NCBI GenBank assembly: GCA_049322355.1
Contig: JBMORG010000001.1
Coordinates: forward strand, 114,337 to 178,336
Origin: Thermodesulfobacteriota bacterium
Lineage (GTDB): Bacteria > Desulfobacterota > Desulfobaccia > Desulfobaccales > 0-14-0-80-60-11
Reading direction: 5' to 3'
Length of the DNA: 64,000 bases
Positions within the stretch are counted from its first letter, which is position 1; every line of letters starts with the position of its first letter. Shown in pieces: positions 22,876 to 31,491 of the stretch. The notes under the pieces are model-generated. The model saw only the letters and a list, made by a program, of their open reading frames with translations. It did not search any database and was not told the origin of the DNA. A program made the position numbers and the translations under genes.

Positions 22876-23124
22876 ATGGATGAGGCGGCTCGGCGCCAGG
22901 CGATTATGGAAGAGAACCGGAAGCTCAGATACCTGCGCTTCATGGTGGATCTGGCCATGCTGGAAATCCGCTCTGGGTCTTTTTCCCTGTCCCAGGCCAG
23001 GAAGGTGGTGGAAAATCTGCGTAACCAGGCATTGATGCTGTTCCCTGGGAAAGAAACGGCTTTTGATATCATCTACCGACCCCGGCTTCAACGGGCCATC
23101 ACGGAGACGTATCAGCTTCATTGA
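22876..23124 (+). CDS. hypothetical small helical protein
   Basis: 82 aa from ATG: MDEAARRQAIMEENRKLRYLRFMVDLAML... Protein-like amphipathic composition. The overlapping minus ORF 22588..23121 looks like a shadow. No motif recognised. Confidence 0.4.
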   Translation: MDEAARRQAIMEENRKLRYLRFMVDLAMLEIRSGSFSLSQARKVVENLRNQALMLFPGKETAFDIIYRPRLQRAITETYQLH

Positions 23125-23141
23125 CTACAAAGGACGTTATT

Positions 23142-23666
23142 ATGATTCGATCCCGGTTTGTGCCAATAATTTTTGGAGCGCTTTTGGTGTGGGGGGTGTT
23201 GGGTTCAGCCCAGGCCCAACAAGCTCCGGTCAAGTGTGGACCGGATCACGCCATCCTCTACAAGCGGGCGGTGAAGCTTCTGGATAACGCCGAAAAGAAA
23301 TTGACTTCGGGTTATACCGCAGAAGCCAAATCCCTGGTGAAGGAAGCCAATTCCCTGTTCACCATCCTGCAGAAAGAATGCGGCCCTGAGCAGAAAGAGC
23401 GGCCCTTGACGGATAAAGAGAGCCAGCAGGAAGCCATCAATCAGAAGCTGGCTGCGGATGAATTGGCCCAGGCGGAACGCCTGATGCAGTCTGCAGATGA
23501 AAAAGAAAAAAAGGCTGCCAAGATCGAAGTGTCCCAGCCTGACCTCTACCTGAAATATCAGAGGGAAGCCAAGAGCGAATACGAGCAGGCCCACAAGCGC
23601 TCCGTCAAATCGGCAATCTATGCCCTGCGCAATCAGCAGATGGTGTTCGGTTTTCTGAATAAATGA
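23142..23666 (+). CDS. hypothetical secreted coiled-coil protein
   Basis: The ATG with an AAGGA RBS gives the signal peptide MIRSRFVPIIFGALLVWGVLGSAQA. The mature part is K/E/Q-rich and helical. Confidence 0.55.
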   Translation: MIRSRFVPIIFGALLVWGVLGSAQAQQAPVKCGPDHAILYKRAVKLLDNAEKKLTSGYTAEAKSLVKEANSLFTILQKECGPEQKERPLTDKESQQEAINQKLAADELAQAERLMQSADEKEKKAAKIEVSQPDLYLKYQREAKSEYEQAHKRSVKSAIYALRNQQMVFGFLNK

Positions 23667-23692
23667 TCTTTAATTGCAGACTGTGGGGTTAG

Positions 23693-24343
23693 ATGTTGCG
23701 TCTCAGGGTGACTGCGGCGACAACGGGTCCCCTCCAGGTGCTTTCCTACCTGGTGGCCTGCCAGGACTCCGGGGAAGCGCTCCTTATTGATCCCGGGGGG
23801 CCCTCCGACGAGTTGTCGGCCAAACTTCGGGACGAGGGCTGGCAACTACGTTGGATCGTCAATACCCACGGACATGCCGATCATATTGCCGGCAATGAAG
23901 AGTGGGCCGCGGCCACCGGCGCCCGCATCATCATCCACGAATTGGACTGGGAATTTTTCCGGACGCCCGAAATGCAGGCGGCGGCCATAGCCGAAGGGTT
24001 TCCGCCCCTGACCAGGGCGGATGTGTTGGTGGCCGATGGCCACCGCATACCCTTGGGCGCGGGCGAGGCCCTGGTCCTGCATACCCCGGGCCATACGCCG
24101 GGTGCCATATGCCTTTATCTTTCCGGTCACCTATTCACCGGGGATACCTTATTCGTGGGCGCTGCCGGCCGCACCGATCTGCCTGGAGGCTCCCTTATCC
24201 AACTGATTTCCTCCCTGGAAGAAAAGATTATGCCTCTTCCGGATGAAACCCGCATCTGGCCGGGGCACGATTACGGCGAGACCCCCTTTTCCACTCTGGG
24301 AGAGGAAAAAGTCAATAATCCCTACCTCACCGATTTTTTCTAG
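23693..24343 (+). CDS. MBL-fold metallo-hydrolase (glyoxalase II-like)
   Basis: 216 aa. NTHGHADHIAGN (HxHxDH), HTPGHTPG, GDTLF. Confidence 0.88.
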   Translation: MLRLRVTAATTGPLQVLSYLVACQDSGEALLIDPGGPSDELSAKLRDEGWQLRWIVNTHGHADHIAGNEEWAAATGARIIIHELDWEFFRTPEMQAAAIAEGFPPLTRADVLVADGHRIPLGAGEALVLHTPGHTPGAICLYLSGHLFTGDTLFVGAAGRTDLPGGSLIQLISSLEEKIMPLPDETRIWPGHDYGETPFSTLGEEKVNNPYLTDFF

Positions 24344-24523
24344 TAGACCCCTTAAGGAACAGCCCTTCGTTTTTATTGGAAATTAATACAATTCCGGTAA
24401 AATAAAACTCTTTGCGCGTCCGCCCTTTTTCCCGGATGTTGGCGGTGTGCCGGACCAGTTGATTCTACCCAAAACCCCTTGCTTTGTCCTCGGCGGGGGA
24501 CTACATTAGCACTTGAGGACAAC

Positions 24524-25996
24524 ATGACCTCATCCCAAACGTCCTGCACCTTGACACGCAAGCCGCCGGAGGAACTTTTCGCCCGCCTCCTGGAAAGCAC
24601 TGCGGATATTTATGCCCTGGTGCTGGACCAGGATTACCATATTACCTATGCCAATATTTCTTTCTTGGACCATTTCGGTCTAAAGTGGGAAGAAATCTGC
24701 GGCCGAAGCTGCCGCGATCTGGGGATGCCCTTTCGGGGGACCGATGGCCTGGAAGTGGGTTTTTACCCCACCGCCATGAGCCCTCGATATCCGGCCAAAA
24801 CCCTCCTGACCCGGAAGGTTGAAGAAAAGGATTATGTTTATGAATGCACCATGTACATTCTGGATGGCAAGGATAAGCCTGCTTGGACCCTGTGGTCCCT
24901 CCGGAATGTCAGCGACCGCTTCAGGCTGGAATCCCAGGTCCGGCAGTTGGACGATTTGGAGCGTAACCTGGTGCAAGCCTCCATGGATGGGGTCATCGTC
25001 AACGACATGCTGGGAAACGTCCTTATCTTTAACGACGGTGCCGCTAAAATTTTAGGTTACCGGCCGGATGAGGTCGTGGGCAAACTCAAGGTTTATGAAT
25101 TTTATCCCAATAATACTGCCCATGAAATCAAACGGTTAATTTACGACCCTGCCCATGGTGGCGTTGGTGTCTTGGAAAATTATGAGACCCAGGCTCGCCA
25201 TAAAGACGGTAACCTGGTGCCCATCTGGCTGTCAGCCCGCCTCTTGCACGAAGGTAGCCGGGAGGTCGGCATCGTCGGCTATTTCCGGGACCTCCGGGAA
25301 CGGCAGCGCTTGGAGAAGGAGCTCCTGAGGAATGAACGGCTGGCAACCCTGGGGAAGATGGTGGCTCATATCAGCCATGAAATCAAGAATCCCCTGGTGA
25401 CCATCGGGGGATTTGCGGCCCAACTGGGGCGCCTGCCTGACTTGCCTGATAACGCCCGGCGCCGCCTGACCCTCATCCATCAGGAGGTGCAGCGCCTGGA
25501 GAAGTTTCTCAGCGACATGAGCACCTTTACCAAAGGTGCAGAGCCCCAAAAAACCGTGGGGGACCTCCTGACCTTGATCCGGGAGGTGGCCGAACTCATG
25601 GACAGTGCCTTCAAAGAGCGGGGAATCGCTTTTAACTTACACACCCCGTCCCAGGTGCCCACTTTTGCTTTCGATCCCGGACAGATACGCCAGGTGCTCA
25701 TCAATCTTTTTAAGAACGCCCAGGAGGCCATGCCCCGGGGCGGGCAGCTTAACGTAACTACCGAAGTCCATTCCGGTACTCTCGTCCTTAAAGTAACCGA
25801 CACGGGCCTCGGCATCGCCCCGGAGCAGTTGCACAACCTGTTTACGCCGTTTTATACCACCAAGCAAGGAGGCACCGGTTTGGGCCTGACCATCTCTCGG
25901 GGCCTCATTTCTCAGCATCAGGGTGAGATTAGCATCGAGAGCCAAGTGAATCTGGGCACTACGTGCATAATAAGCTTACCCTTGGTCTCAAGCTAA
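24524..25996 (+). CDS. PAS-domain sensor histidine kinase
   Basis: Two PAS-like segments, H-box HISHEIKNPL, N-box LINLFKNAQEA, G-boxes DTGLGI / GGTGLGLTIS. Confidence 0.88.
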   Translation: MTSSQTSCTLTRKPPEELFARLLESTADIYALVLDQDYHITYANISFLDHFGLKWEEICGRSCRDLGMPFRGTDGLEVGFYPTAMSPRYPAKTLLTRKVEEKDYVYECTMYILDGKDKPAWTLWSLRNVSDRFRLESQVRQLDDLERNLVQASMDGVIVNDMLGNVLIFNDGAAKILGYRPDEVVGKLKVYEFYPNNTAHEIKRLIYDPAHGGVGVLENYETQARHKDGNLVPIWLSARLLHEGSREVGIVGYFRDLRERQRLEKELLRNERLATLGKMVAHISHEIKNPLVTIGGFAAQLGRLPDLPDNARRRLTLIHQEVQRLEKFLSDMSTFTKGAEPQKTVGDLLTLIREVAELMDSAFKERGIAFNLHTPSQVPTFAFDPGQIRQVLINLFKNAQEAMPRGGQLNVTTEVHSGTLVLKVTDTGLGIAPEQLHNLFTPFYTTKQGGTGLGLTISRGLISQHQGEISIESQVNLGTTCIISLPLVSS

Positions 25997-26018
25997 GGGC
26001 GCGGCCTGGTACAATTCC

Positions 26019-26972
26019 CTATTTCTTATCACACCCCAAATCCTCTGGCAGGAAAATCACCTCCCGCTCCAGGGCCACTCCCTGGGTCCGCCACACCGTT
26101 TCCTGAATTTCATGAATAAGGGCCTTGACCTGGGCCGCGGTGGCTTGACCCCGGTTTAGGATAAAGTTGGCGTGCTTCCGGGAAACTACCGCGTCCCCGG
26201 CGCTATGCCCCTTGAATTTGGCTTGGTCGATGAGCCACCCTGCGCTTGGCCCCCCCGGCGGATTTTTAAAGACGCTGCCACAACTCCGGGGGTTGGCCGG
26301 CTGCCGGGCTTTCCGGGCCTTAAGCAATTCTAGCATGCGGGCCTTGATGGCCTCGGGACTGGCCGGCTGGGTTAGCTGAAACTCCGCTTCCACCACCAGC
26401 CAGTGGGGGAAGTTGAGCAACAGCGATGACCGGTAACCAAGATTCAGTTCCTCGGGCTGAAATTCCAGGAGTTGGAGCCGGGGAGTTGCCACCCAGACCC
26501 GCTTGAGCAGGTCACCCAGGCTGCATCCTTCCGCCCCGGCGTTGAGGCGCACCGCCCCGCCCACGGTCCCGGGGATGCCGGCCAAGAACTCAAACCCGGC
26601 AAAACCCAGCCGGGCGGCGGCCTGGGCTAACCGGGGCAGGGCCACCCCAGACCCCGCCCGCAGAGTGTCGCCGCGCCGGTCGATCCCCTGAAGACTTTTC
26701 GCCAGGTGGAGGGTGAGCCCTGGCAGCCCCGCGTCATCAATAAGGACATTGGACCCCCGCCCCAAAAAAAACCGCGGCCAGCCCCGTTCTTGGGCCAGAC
26801 CCATTAAGCGGTAGATGTCCTCCAGGTCCGCGGGCACTGCCAACCGCGCCGCCGCCCCGCCGATCTTCCAGGTGGTCAAGGGCGCCAGGGCAATATCAGC
26901 AAAAACCGGACCTCGAATACCCTTAAAGTTTAATAGTTGATTTTGAGGAGATGAATATGCGGGGTTGTTCAC
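26019..26972 (-). CDS. murB: UDP-N-acetylenolpyruvoylglucosamine reductase
   Basis: 317 aa. LAPLTTWKIGG, GRGSNVLIDD, AGIPGTVGGAVRLNAGA, SCGSVFKNP. Confidence 0.9.
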   Translation of the reverse strand: MNNPAYSSPQNQLLNFKGIRGPVFADIALAPLTTWKIGGAAARLAVPADLEDIYRLMGLAQERGWPRFFLGRGSNVLIDDAGLPGLTLHLAKSLQGIDRRGDTLRAGSGVALPRLAQAAARLGFAGFEFLAGIPGTVGGAVRLNAGAEGCSLGDLLKRVWVATPRLQLLEFQPEELNLGYRSSLLLNFPHWLVVEAEFQLTQPASPEAIKARMLELLKARKARQPANPRSCGSVFKNPPGGPSAGWLIDQAKFKGHSAGDAVVSRKHANFILNRGQATAAQVKALIHEIQETVWRTQGVALEREVIFLPEDLGCDKK

Positions 26973-27002
26973 GGTCGGGAATTTTCTTTATGGTTTTTTC
27001 GG

Positions 27003-27848
27003 TCAACTGTAAACATATCCTTCAATGGCATATTCTCTTTTCCAGCCCGGGGGGAAAGGAAAAGTCGGATTAAGCAAGGAATTACCAACGGCATAAGCAG
27101 CAATGGCACTATCGAGAGCGTCCCCTTCGATATCTCCGCAGATCAACCGGAAAAGGTTTTCGGGGATGGCAACATTCTTCTCACTCAATCTATTGAGTAT
27201 ATGCCGTCGATTTTGCCAATGTTCCTTGGTTTTACCTTTATATTTTTTGTCAGCAATCTTTTCCCTCACCAAGGTAGATCTGGGGCAGATCTCCAAAATC
27301 AAGGACCTGTCGCCAATAATTTCTTGCATAGGTATAACCCAGGCGCCGCCATTCTTTAAGAGCGGATAAAGAACGCCGGTAATCCCGAAATAAGTTTGCT
27401 TAAAGAGACGCAAATTATAGGGAGAAAACGGAGTTTTGCTTTCTATATCAGTTGTTCGCTTTGCTTCAGGCCTGCCAAAAACTTGCTTACATTCATGTTG
27501 GAACTCATGGGGGCCGTTGAATTTTGCCGGAAAGGAATAAATAAATCCGGTCCAAGTTTTGCAGCCAAAGTGCTCAGCAATGGCGCAGGGTAAGCCAAAA
27601 GGGAAGTCCAAGCCAAATATACTGTTCTTGTGACTAGCAATGAAGGTGACTAAGGCTGCTAAACAATCATGCAAGCGTTTTCCCGAATTAGGCAAGGAGA
27701 GACCTCGAAAACAATCCTTAATTTCAAGAACTTCTCCTTTGATCATCGCCAATGTTATCCAGATCTTACGGCCCGCATATACCGCCCCGCTAAAATCGAT
27801 TCCATAAATTGCCGTGGGATTCCAGGACGGATTATTAAACAGCTTCAT
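27003..27848 (-). CDS. hypothetical protein, possibly RNase H-like fold (DUF429-like)
   Basis: 281 aa. N-terminal IYGIDFSGA and C-terminal GDALDSAIAAYAV resemble, from memory, the first and last acidic motifs of DUF429 / RNase H-like proteins. AT-rich (22/60 GC at 27181-27240) relative to murB. Confidence 0.45.
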   Translation of the reverse strand: MKLFNNPSWNPTAIYGIDFSGAVYAGRKIWITLAMIKGEVLEIKDCFRGLSLPNSGKRLHDCLAALVTFIASHKNSIFGLDFPFGLPCAIAEHFGCKTWTGFIYSFPAKFNGPHEFQHECKQVFGRPEAKRTTDIESKTPFSPYNLRLFKQTYFGITGVLYPLLKNGGAWVIPMQEIIGDRSLILEICPRSTLVREKIADKKYKGKTKEHWQNRRHILNRLSEKNVAIPENLFRLICGDIEGDALDSAIAAYAVGNSLLNPTFPFPPGWKREYAIEGYVYS

Positions 27849-28031
27849 CCTGATACCTTAATGCATGTTTGATTCTTTTCAGATTCATATAATATTATCT
27901 TAGCGTCTTCAAGAAACTTTCATCCATAGATATTTTTTTAACCAAATCAGATTACTATTGTCATGTCCCCCCTGCCTTGACAATTCCTTACAAACCAGAT
28001 AGCGTAATTTCGATGGATCAAGGGGGAGCAC

Positions 28032-28868
28032 ATGGTAGGAAGCCGGTTTTGGGGAGTGGTGGCAGGCATCCTTCTGGGGGTGCTGCTGGGAGTGTCAGGG
28101 GCGCAGGCTGCCGAACCCCAGCCCGTAGCCTATGTGGGGCTTAAATACAGCCTGGTGCGCCAGGGGTTGAATAAAGATTACGTTTTTAAGACTTTTGCCG
28201 ATCCCCGCAATCAATTCCTGCCGGAGGTGGTCCGCAAAATCGCCTACCTGCGCAAAGAAACCCCGGATATCTATAAGAAATTCCTGACGCCGGAGACCGC
28301 CGCCCGGGGCCGGGCCTATATGGCCAGCCACAAAGAGGCCTTAGCCCGCGCCGAAGCCCGCTATGGTGTGGCCCAGGAAGTTATCGTAGCCATCCTCACG
28401 GTGGAGTCCGGCCTGGGCACCAATACCGGTAAGTATCCGGTTTTCAACGTCTTTGCCTCCTTGGCTGTCATGGACAACCCGGAGGTCATCCGTGAACTGG
28501 GGTTGACTGCGTCGCCGGACCGCCTGAAAAAAAAGGCGGCCTGGGGCCGGCGTGAGCTGGCCATTTTCCTGGAATACTGCGCCTCCCACCAGGTGGACCC
28601 GTTTTCCCTGTGCGGCTCCTGGGCCGGGGCCATGGGCTTCTGCCAATTCTTACCCTCCAGCCTGAACCGCTGCGGCGTTTCGGCCAGCGGCAAAGGCCCG
28701 GTGGACCTCTTCACCCATGATGACGCCATATTCAGCATTGCCTGTTATCTCCACAAGAGCGGCTTTAAGATTAATAACCGGGCATCCTGGGCCCGGGCAG
28801 TCCATAGCTACAACCACTCAGATGCCTACGTGGACACGGTGTTAACCCTGGCCAACTGGTATCAGTGA
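28032..28868 (+). CDS. mltB: lytic murein transglycosylase (MltB family)
   Basis: Signal peptide. ILTVESGLGTNTGKYPVFNVFASLA (catalytic Glu context), GAMGFCQFLPSS, YNHSDAYV. Confidence 0.8.
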   Translation: MVGSRFWGVVAGILLGVLLGVSGAQAAEPQPVAYVGLKYSLVRQGLNKDYVFKTFADPRNQFLPEVVRKIAYLRKETPDIYKKFLTPETAARGRAYMASHKEALARAEARYGVAQEVIVAILTVESGLGTNTGKYPVFNVFASLAVMDNPEVIRELGLTASPDRLKKKAAWGRRELAIFLEYCASHQVDPFSLCGSWAGAMGFCQFLPSSLNRCGVSASGKGPVDLFTHDDAIFSIACYLHKSGFKINNRASWARAVHSYNHSDAYVDTVLTLANWYQ

Positions 28869-29006
28869 TTGCCAACAGATAAGGAAGAGTAACGGCCGTC
28901 CTGGAAGAAATTCGCTCGCTCCTGGAGTTGGCCGAAGAAAAAAGGTTGGAGCTTATGAGGCCGGGTTCGGGCCGTCCAGCTCGCATAACCCAATAAAGGC
29001 AGGCAT

Positions 29007-29522
29007 ATGACCGCACCAGTAGACGTCGGCATCGTGTTGGGCAGCGCCTCTGATTGGCCCCAGGTGGAGGCCGCCGCGGTACTGCTCAAGGATTGGGGTA
29101 TCGCATGCGAAGTTGTGGTGGCCTCCGCCCACCGAGCTCCCCGCAAGGTCCAGGCTTATGCCCGGGATGCGGTAGCCCGGGGTGTAAAGGTCATCATTGC
29201 CGCGGCAGGGATGGCGGCCCATCTGGCGGGGGTATTGGCCGCAGAGACCACCTTGCCGGTGATCGGTGTGCCCATGCCCGGATCCAGTCTCCAGGGGTTG
29301 GATAGCCTGCTGTCCACGGTGCAGATGCCCGCGGGCGTGCCTGTGGCCACCATGGCCATAGGCAGCTCAGGGGCCAAAAACGCCGCCATCTTTGCTGCCC
29401 AGATCCTGGCGCTCAGCGACCCCCGACTTCAGGAAAGGCTGAAGCGTCATAAAGAGGACCTGGAACAGCAGGTGGCTCAGCAAGCTGATAAGATTCCGGC
29501 CGATTATCGCAGCAAAGATTAA
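29007..29522 (+). CDS. purE: 5-(carboxyamino)imidazole ribonucleotide mutase
   Basis: VGIVLGSASDWP, VASAHRAP, AGMAAHLAGV, PVIGVP. Confidence 0.92.
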   Translation: MTAPVDVGIVLGSASDWPQVEAAAVLLKDWGIACEVVVASAHRAPRKVQAYARDAVARGVKVIIAAAGMAAHLAGVLAAETTLPVIGVPMPGSSLQGLDSLLSTVQMPAGVPVATMAIGSSGAKNAAIFAAQILALSDPRLQERLKRHKEDLEQQVAQQADKIPADYRSKD

Positions 29523-29542
29523 TCAACAGGGAAAGTACGCTC

Positions 29543-30667
29543 ATGATGATCACCACCATGGTGGACCTGGCCATCGACTTGGCGGCCCTGGAGCACAATT
29601 ACCACCAGCTGCACCGTCTCTGTGATCCCCAGGTCAAGATGCTGGCGGTGGTCAAAGCCGATGCCTACGGGCACGGACTGCTTCCTGTGGCCAAGAGACT
29701 GGTCGCCGCCGGTGTGGATTATTTGGGGGTAGGTTCCCTGGAAGAAGGCCTGATGCTGCGGCGGGCGGGGATTACCCTGCCGGTATTGTTGCTGTTGGGA
29801 ATTCTTCCAGAGGAAGCCGGATGTGCCGTGGCAAATGACCTGGAAGTGGCTCTTTTCCGCCTGGACGTGGCCCAGGCTCTGGCGGCCGCGGCCCACAATC
29901 AAGGCAAAAAGGCCCCGGTGCATCTGAAGGTGGACACGGGCATGGGCCGCCTGGGAGTGTTACCGGCGGAGGTCTTGCCGTTTCTGGCTAGTCTCAAAAA
30001 ATTGCGCCACCTCAAGGTCGTAGGCCTGATTTCTCATCTGGCGGTGGCAGATGAGGAAGACAAGACCTATACTTTAAAGCAGGTCCGTGAATTTACTTCG
30101 CTTCTGGCCGCGGCCCGGGAGGACGGCTGGAAGCTGCCGCTGAGCCATATTACCAACAGTGCGGCGCTGTGGGAGGTCCCCGAGGCCCACTTAGGCCTGG
30201 TGCGGCCGGGCCTTATGCTCTATGGCTCCTCTCCATCTCCTCAGCGGCCGCTGCCGGTGGACCTCAAGCCGGTGATGTCCCTGACGGCCCAGGTGCTCCA
30301 GGTGAAGCGCCTGCCCCCCGGGAGCAGCATCAGCTATGGCTGCACCTATACCACCCCCGATTGGTGCGACCTGGCGGTGCTCCCGGTGGGTTACTGCAAC
30401 GGCTACAGCCGCCTGTGCTCCAACCGGGGCGAGGTCCTGATTCATGGCCGCCGGGCCCCCATCCGGGGCCGGGTGTGCATGAATCTCACCATGGTGGACG
30501 TCACCGGCATCCCGGAGGTCAAGGAAGGGGACCGGGCCGTGCTCCTGGGCCAGGACCAGGAAGATATTTTGCGCGCCGAAGATCTGGCCGAATGGGCCCA
30601 GACCATTAGTTATGAGATTTACTGCGCCTTGGGCACTGCCAATATCAGGCGCTACACCGGAGTGTGA
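29543..30667 (+). CDS. alr: alanine racemase
   Basis: 374 aa. AVVKADAYGHG (PLP Lys), SHLAVADE, GYCNGYSR. Confidence 0.92.
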   Translation: MMITTMVDLAIDLAALEHNYHQLHRLCDPQVKMLAVVKADAYGHGLLPVAKRLVAAGVDYLGVGSLEEGLMLRRAGITLPVLLLLGILPEEAGCAVANDLEVALFRLDVAQALAAAAHNQGKKAPVHLKVDTGMGRLGVLPAEVLPFLASLKKLRHLKVVGLISHLAVADEEDKTYTLKQVREFTSLLAAAREDGWKLPLSHITNSAALWEVPEAHLGLVRPGLMLYGSSPSPQRPLPVDLKPVMSLTAQVLQVKRLPPGSSISYGCTYTTPDWCDLAVLPVGYCNGYSRLCSNRGEVLIHGRRAPIRGRVCMNLTMVDVTGIPEVKEGDRAVLLGQDQEDILRAEDLAEWAQTISYEIYCALGTANIRRYTGV

Positions 30668-30668
30668 C

Positions 30669-30845
30669 ATGGAAAGAAAACCCGACACCCAGGAGGCCAG
30701 CATCTGCCTGGTCTGCGCCTGGCGGGAGAACTGCGTCAAAAGATTCACCTTCACCGGACAGCACTGCCTGGAGTTCACCCGGGACCTCACCCTCAAGGCC
30801 AAGCCGGTGGGGGAAGTTCCGCCGAAGGAAGGGGAAAAAGGGTAA
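30669..30845 (+). CDS. hypothetical small 4-Cys protein
   Basis: 58 aa: MERKPDTQEASICLVCAWRENCVKRFTFTGQHCLEFTRD... The ATG is 1 nt after the alr TGA (TGAcATG), with GGAG 6 nt upstream. CxxC...C...C spacing. Confidence 0.4.
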   Translation: MERKPDTQEASICLVCAWRENCVKRFTFTGQHCLEFTRDLTLKAKPVGEVPPKEGEKG

Positions 30846-30975
30846 AAGGAGAAAAGGCGAAGAGTGAGGAGAAATCATCTCGTTCCCAGGTTGTTTTGGG
30901 AACGCCCAAGTAAAATCTAGGGCGGGCACTGCTCGCCATTAGTGTAGTGTCTCACAAATATAAGGACATTAATTT

Positions 30976-31066
30976 TCCCCCTCCCCTGGTGGGAGGGGGT
31001 AGGGGGAGGGGGAAGTTCCAACGCCATTCCACCCCCACCCTAACCCTCCCCCATCAAGGGGGAGGG
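30976..31066. repeat. family A element, copy 4
   Basis: Left arm 30976-31012 (ccccctcccctggtgggagggggtagggggaggggg). Right arm 31030-31066 (cacccccaccctaaccctcccccatcaagggggaggg). Lies upstream of argS. Confidence 0.85.
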
Positions 31067-31262
31067 AACTCTAAGGCCATCTAATTGTGATACGGACCAC
31101 TAGGAGGTTGCCTTTACCCTTGCTCTGAAAGTGTTTGGTGGCACAGGCGTCTCGCCTTTGCGGCGCAGGCTAAACGGTCATGGCCGATTTTGGCCACCCC
31201 CGAACGATGAAAATCTTCAGCGGGCGAGCCACCGGCTCGCCCCTGCAGTGGGACTTTCACGG

Positions 31263-31334
31263 TAAAGCCTGCGGCTGCCAAAACCTTTCATGGTTTTGGG
31301 TGTTCCTTGAACATTAGTGGCTCGTTCCCAAGTT
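31263..31334 (+). repeat. 72-nt dispersed repeat, copy 2
   Basis: Same orientation, 70/72 identical to 17676-17747 by my hand comparison. At both loci a cacaggcgtctcgcc(t/g)tgcggcgc hairpin lies upstream (17651-17675; 31143-31167). Confidence 0.9.
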
Positions 31335-31491
31335 CCGCTTTGGTACGCACAAATTCGGCCCAAGCTCTGCTATGGCACCTTAATTATTGAAATATTTGAG
31401 AGATGCAGTGCGCATCGCGCACCATCTTTGGCGGGCAATGCCTGCCCTACATTTTCTCAAAACAGAAAACGGAAAATAGAAAACCTTATCA

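Noticed and set aside
22588-23121. A 177-aa minus-strand ORF overlapping the L,D-transpeptidase 3' end and the small + ORF.
   Set aside because: Its composition (H/Q/R/P-rich) and its overlap with two better-supported + genes indicate a shadow ORF.
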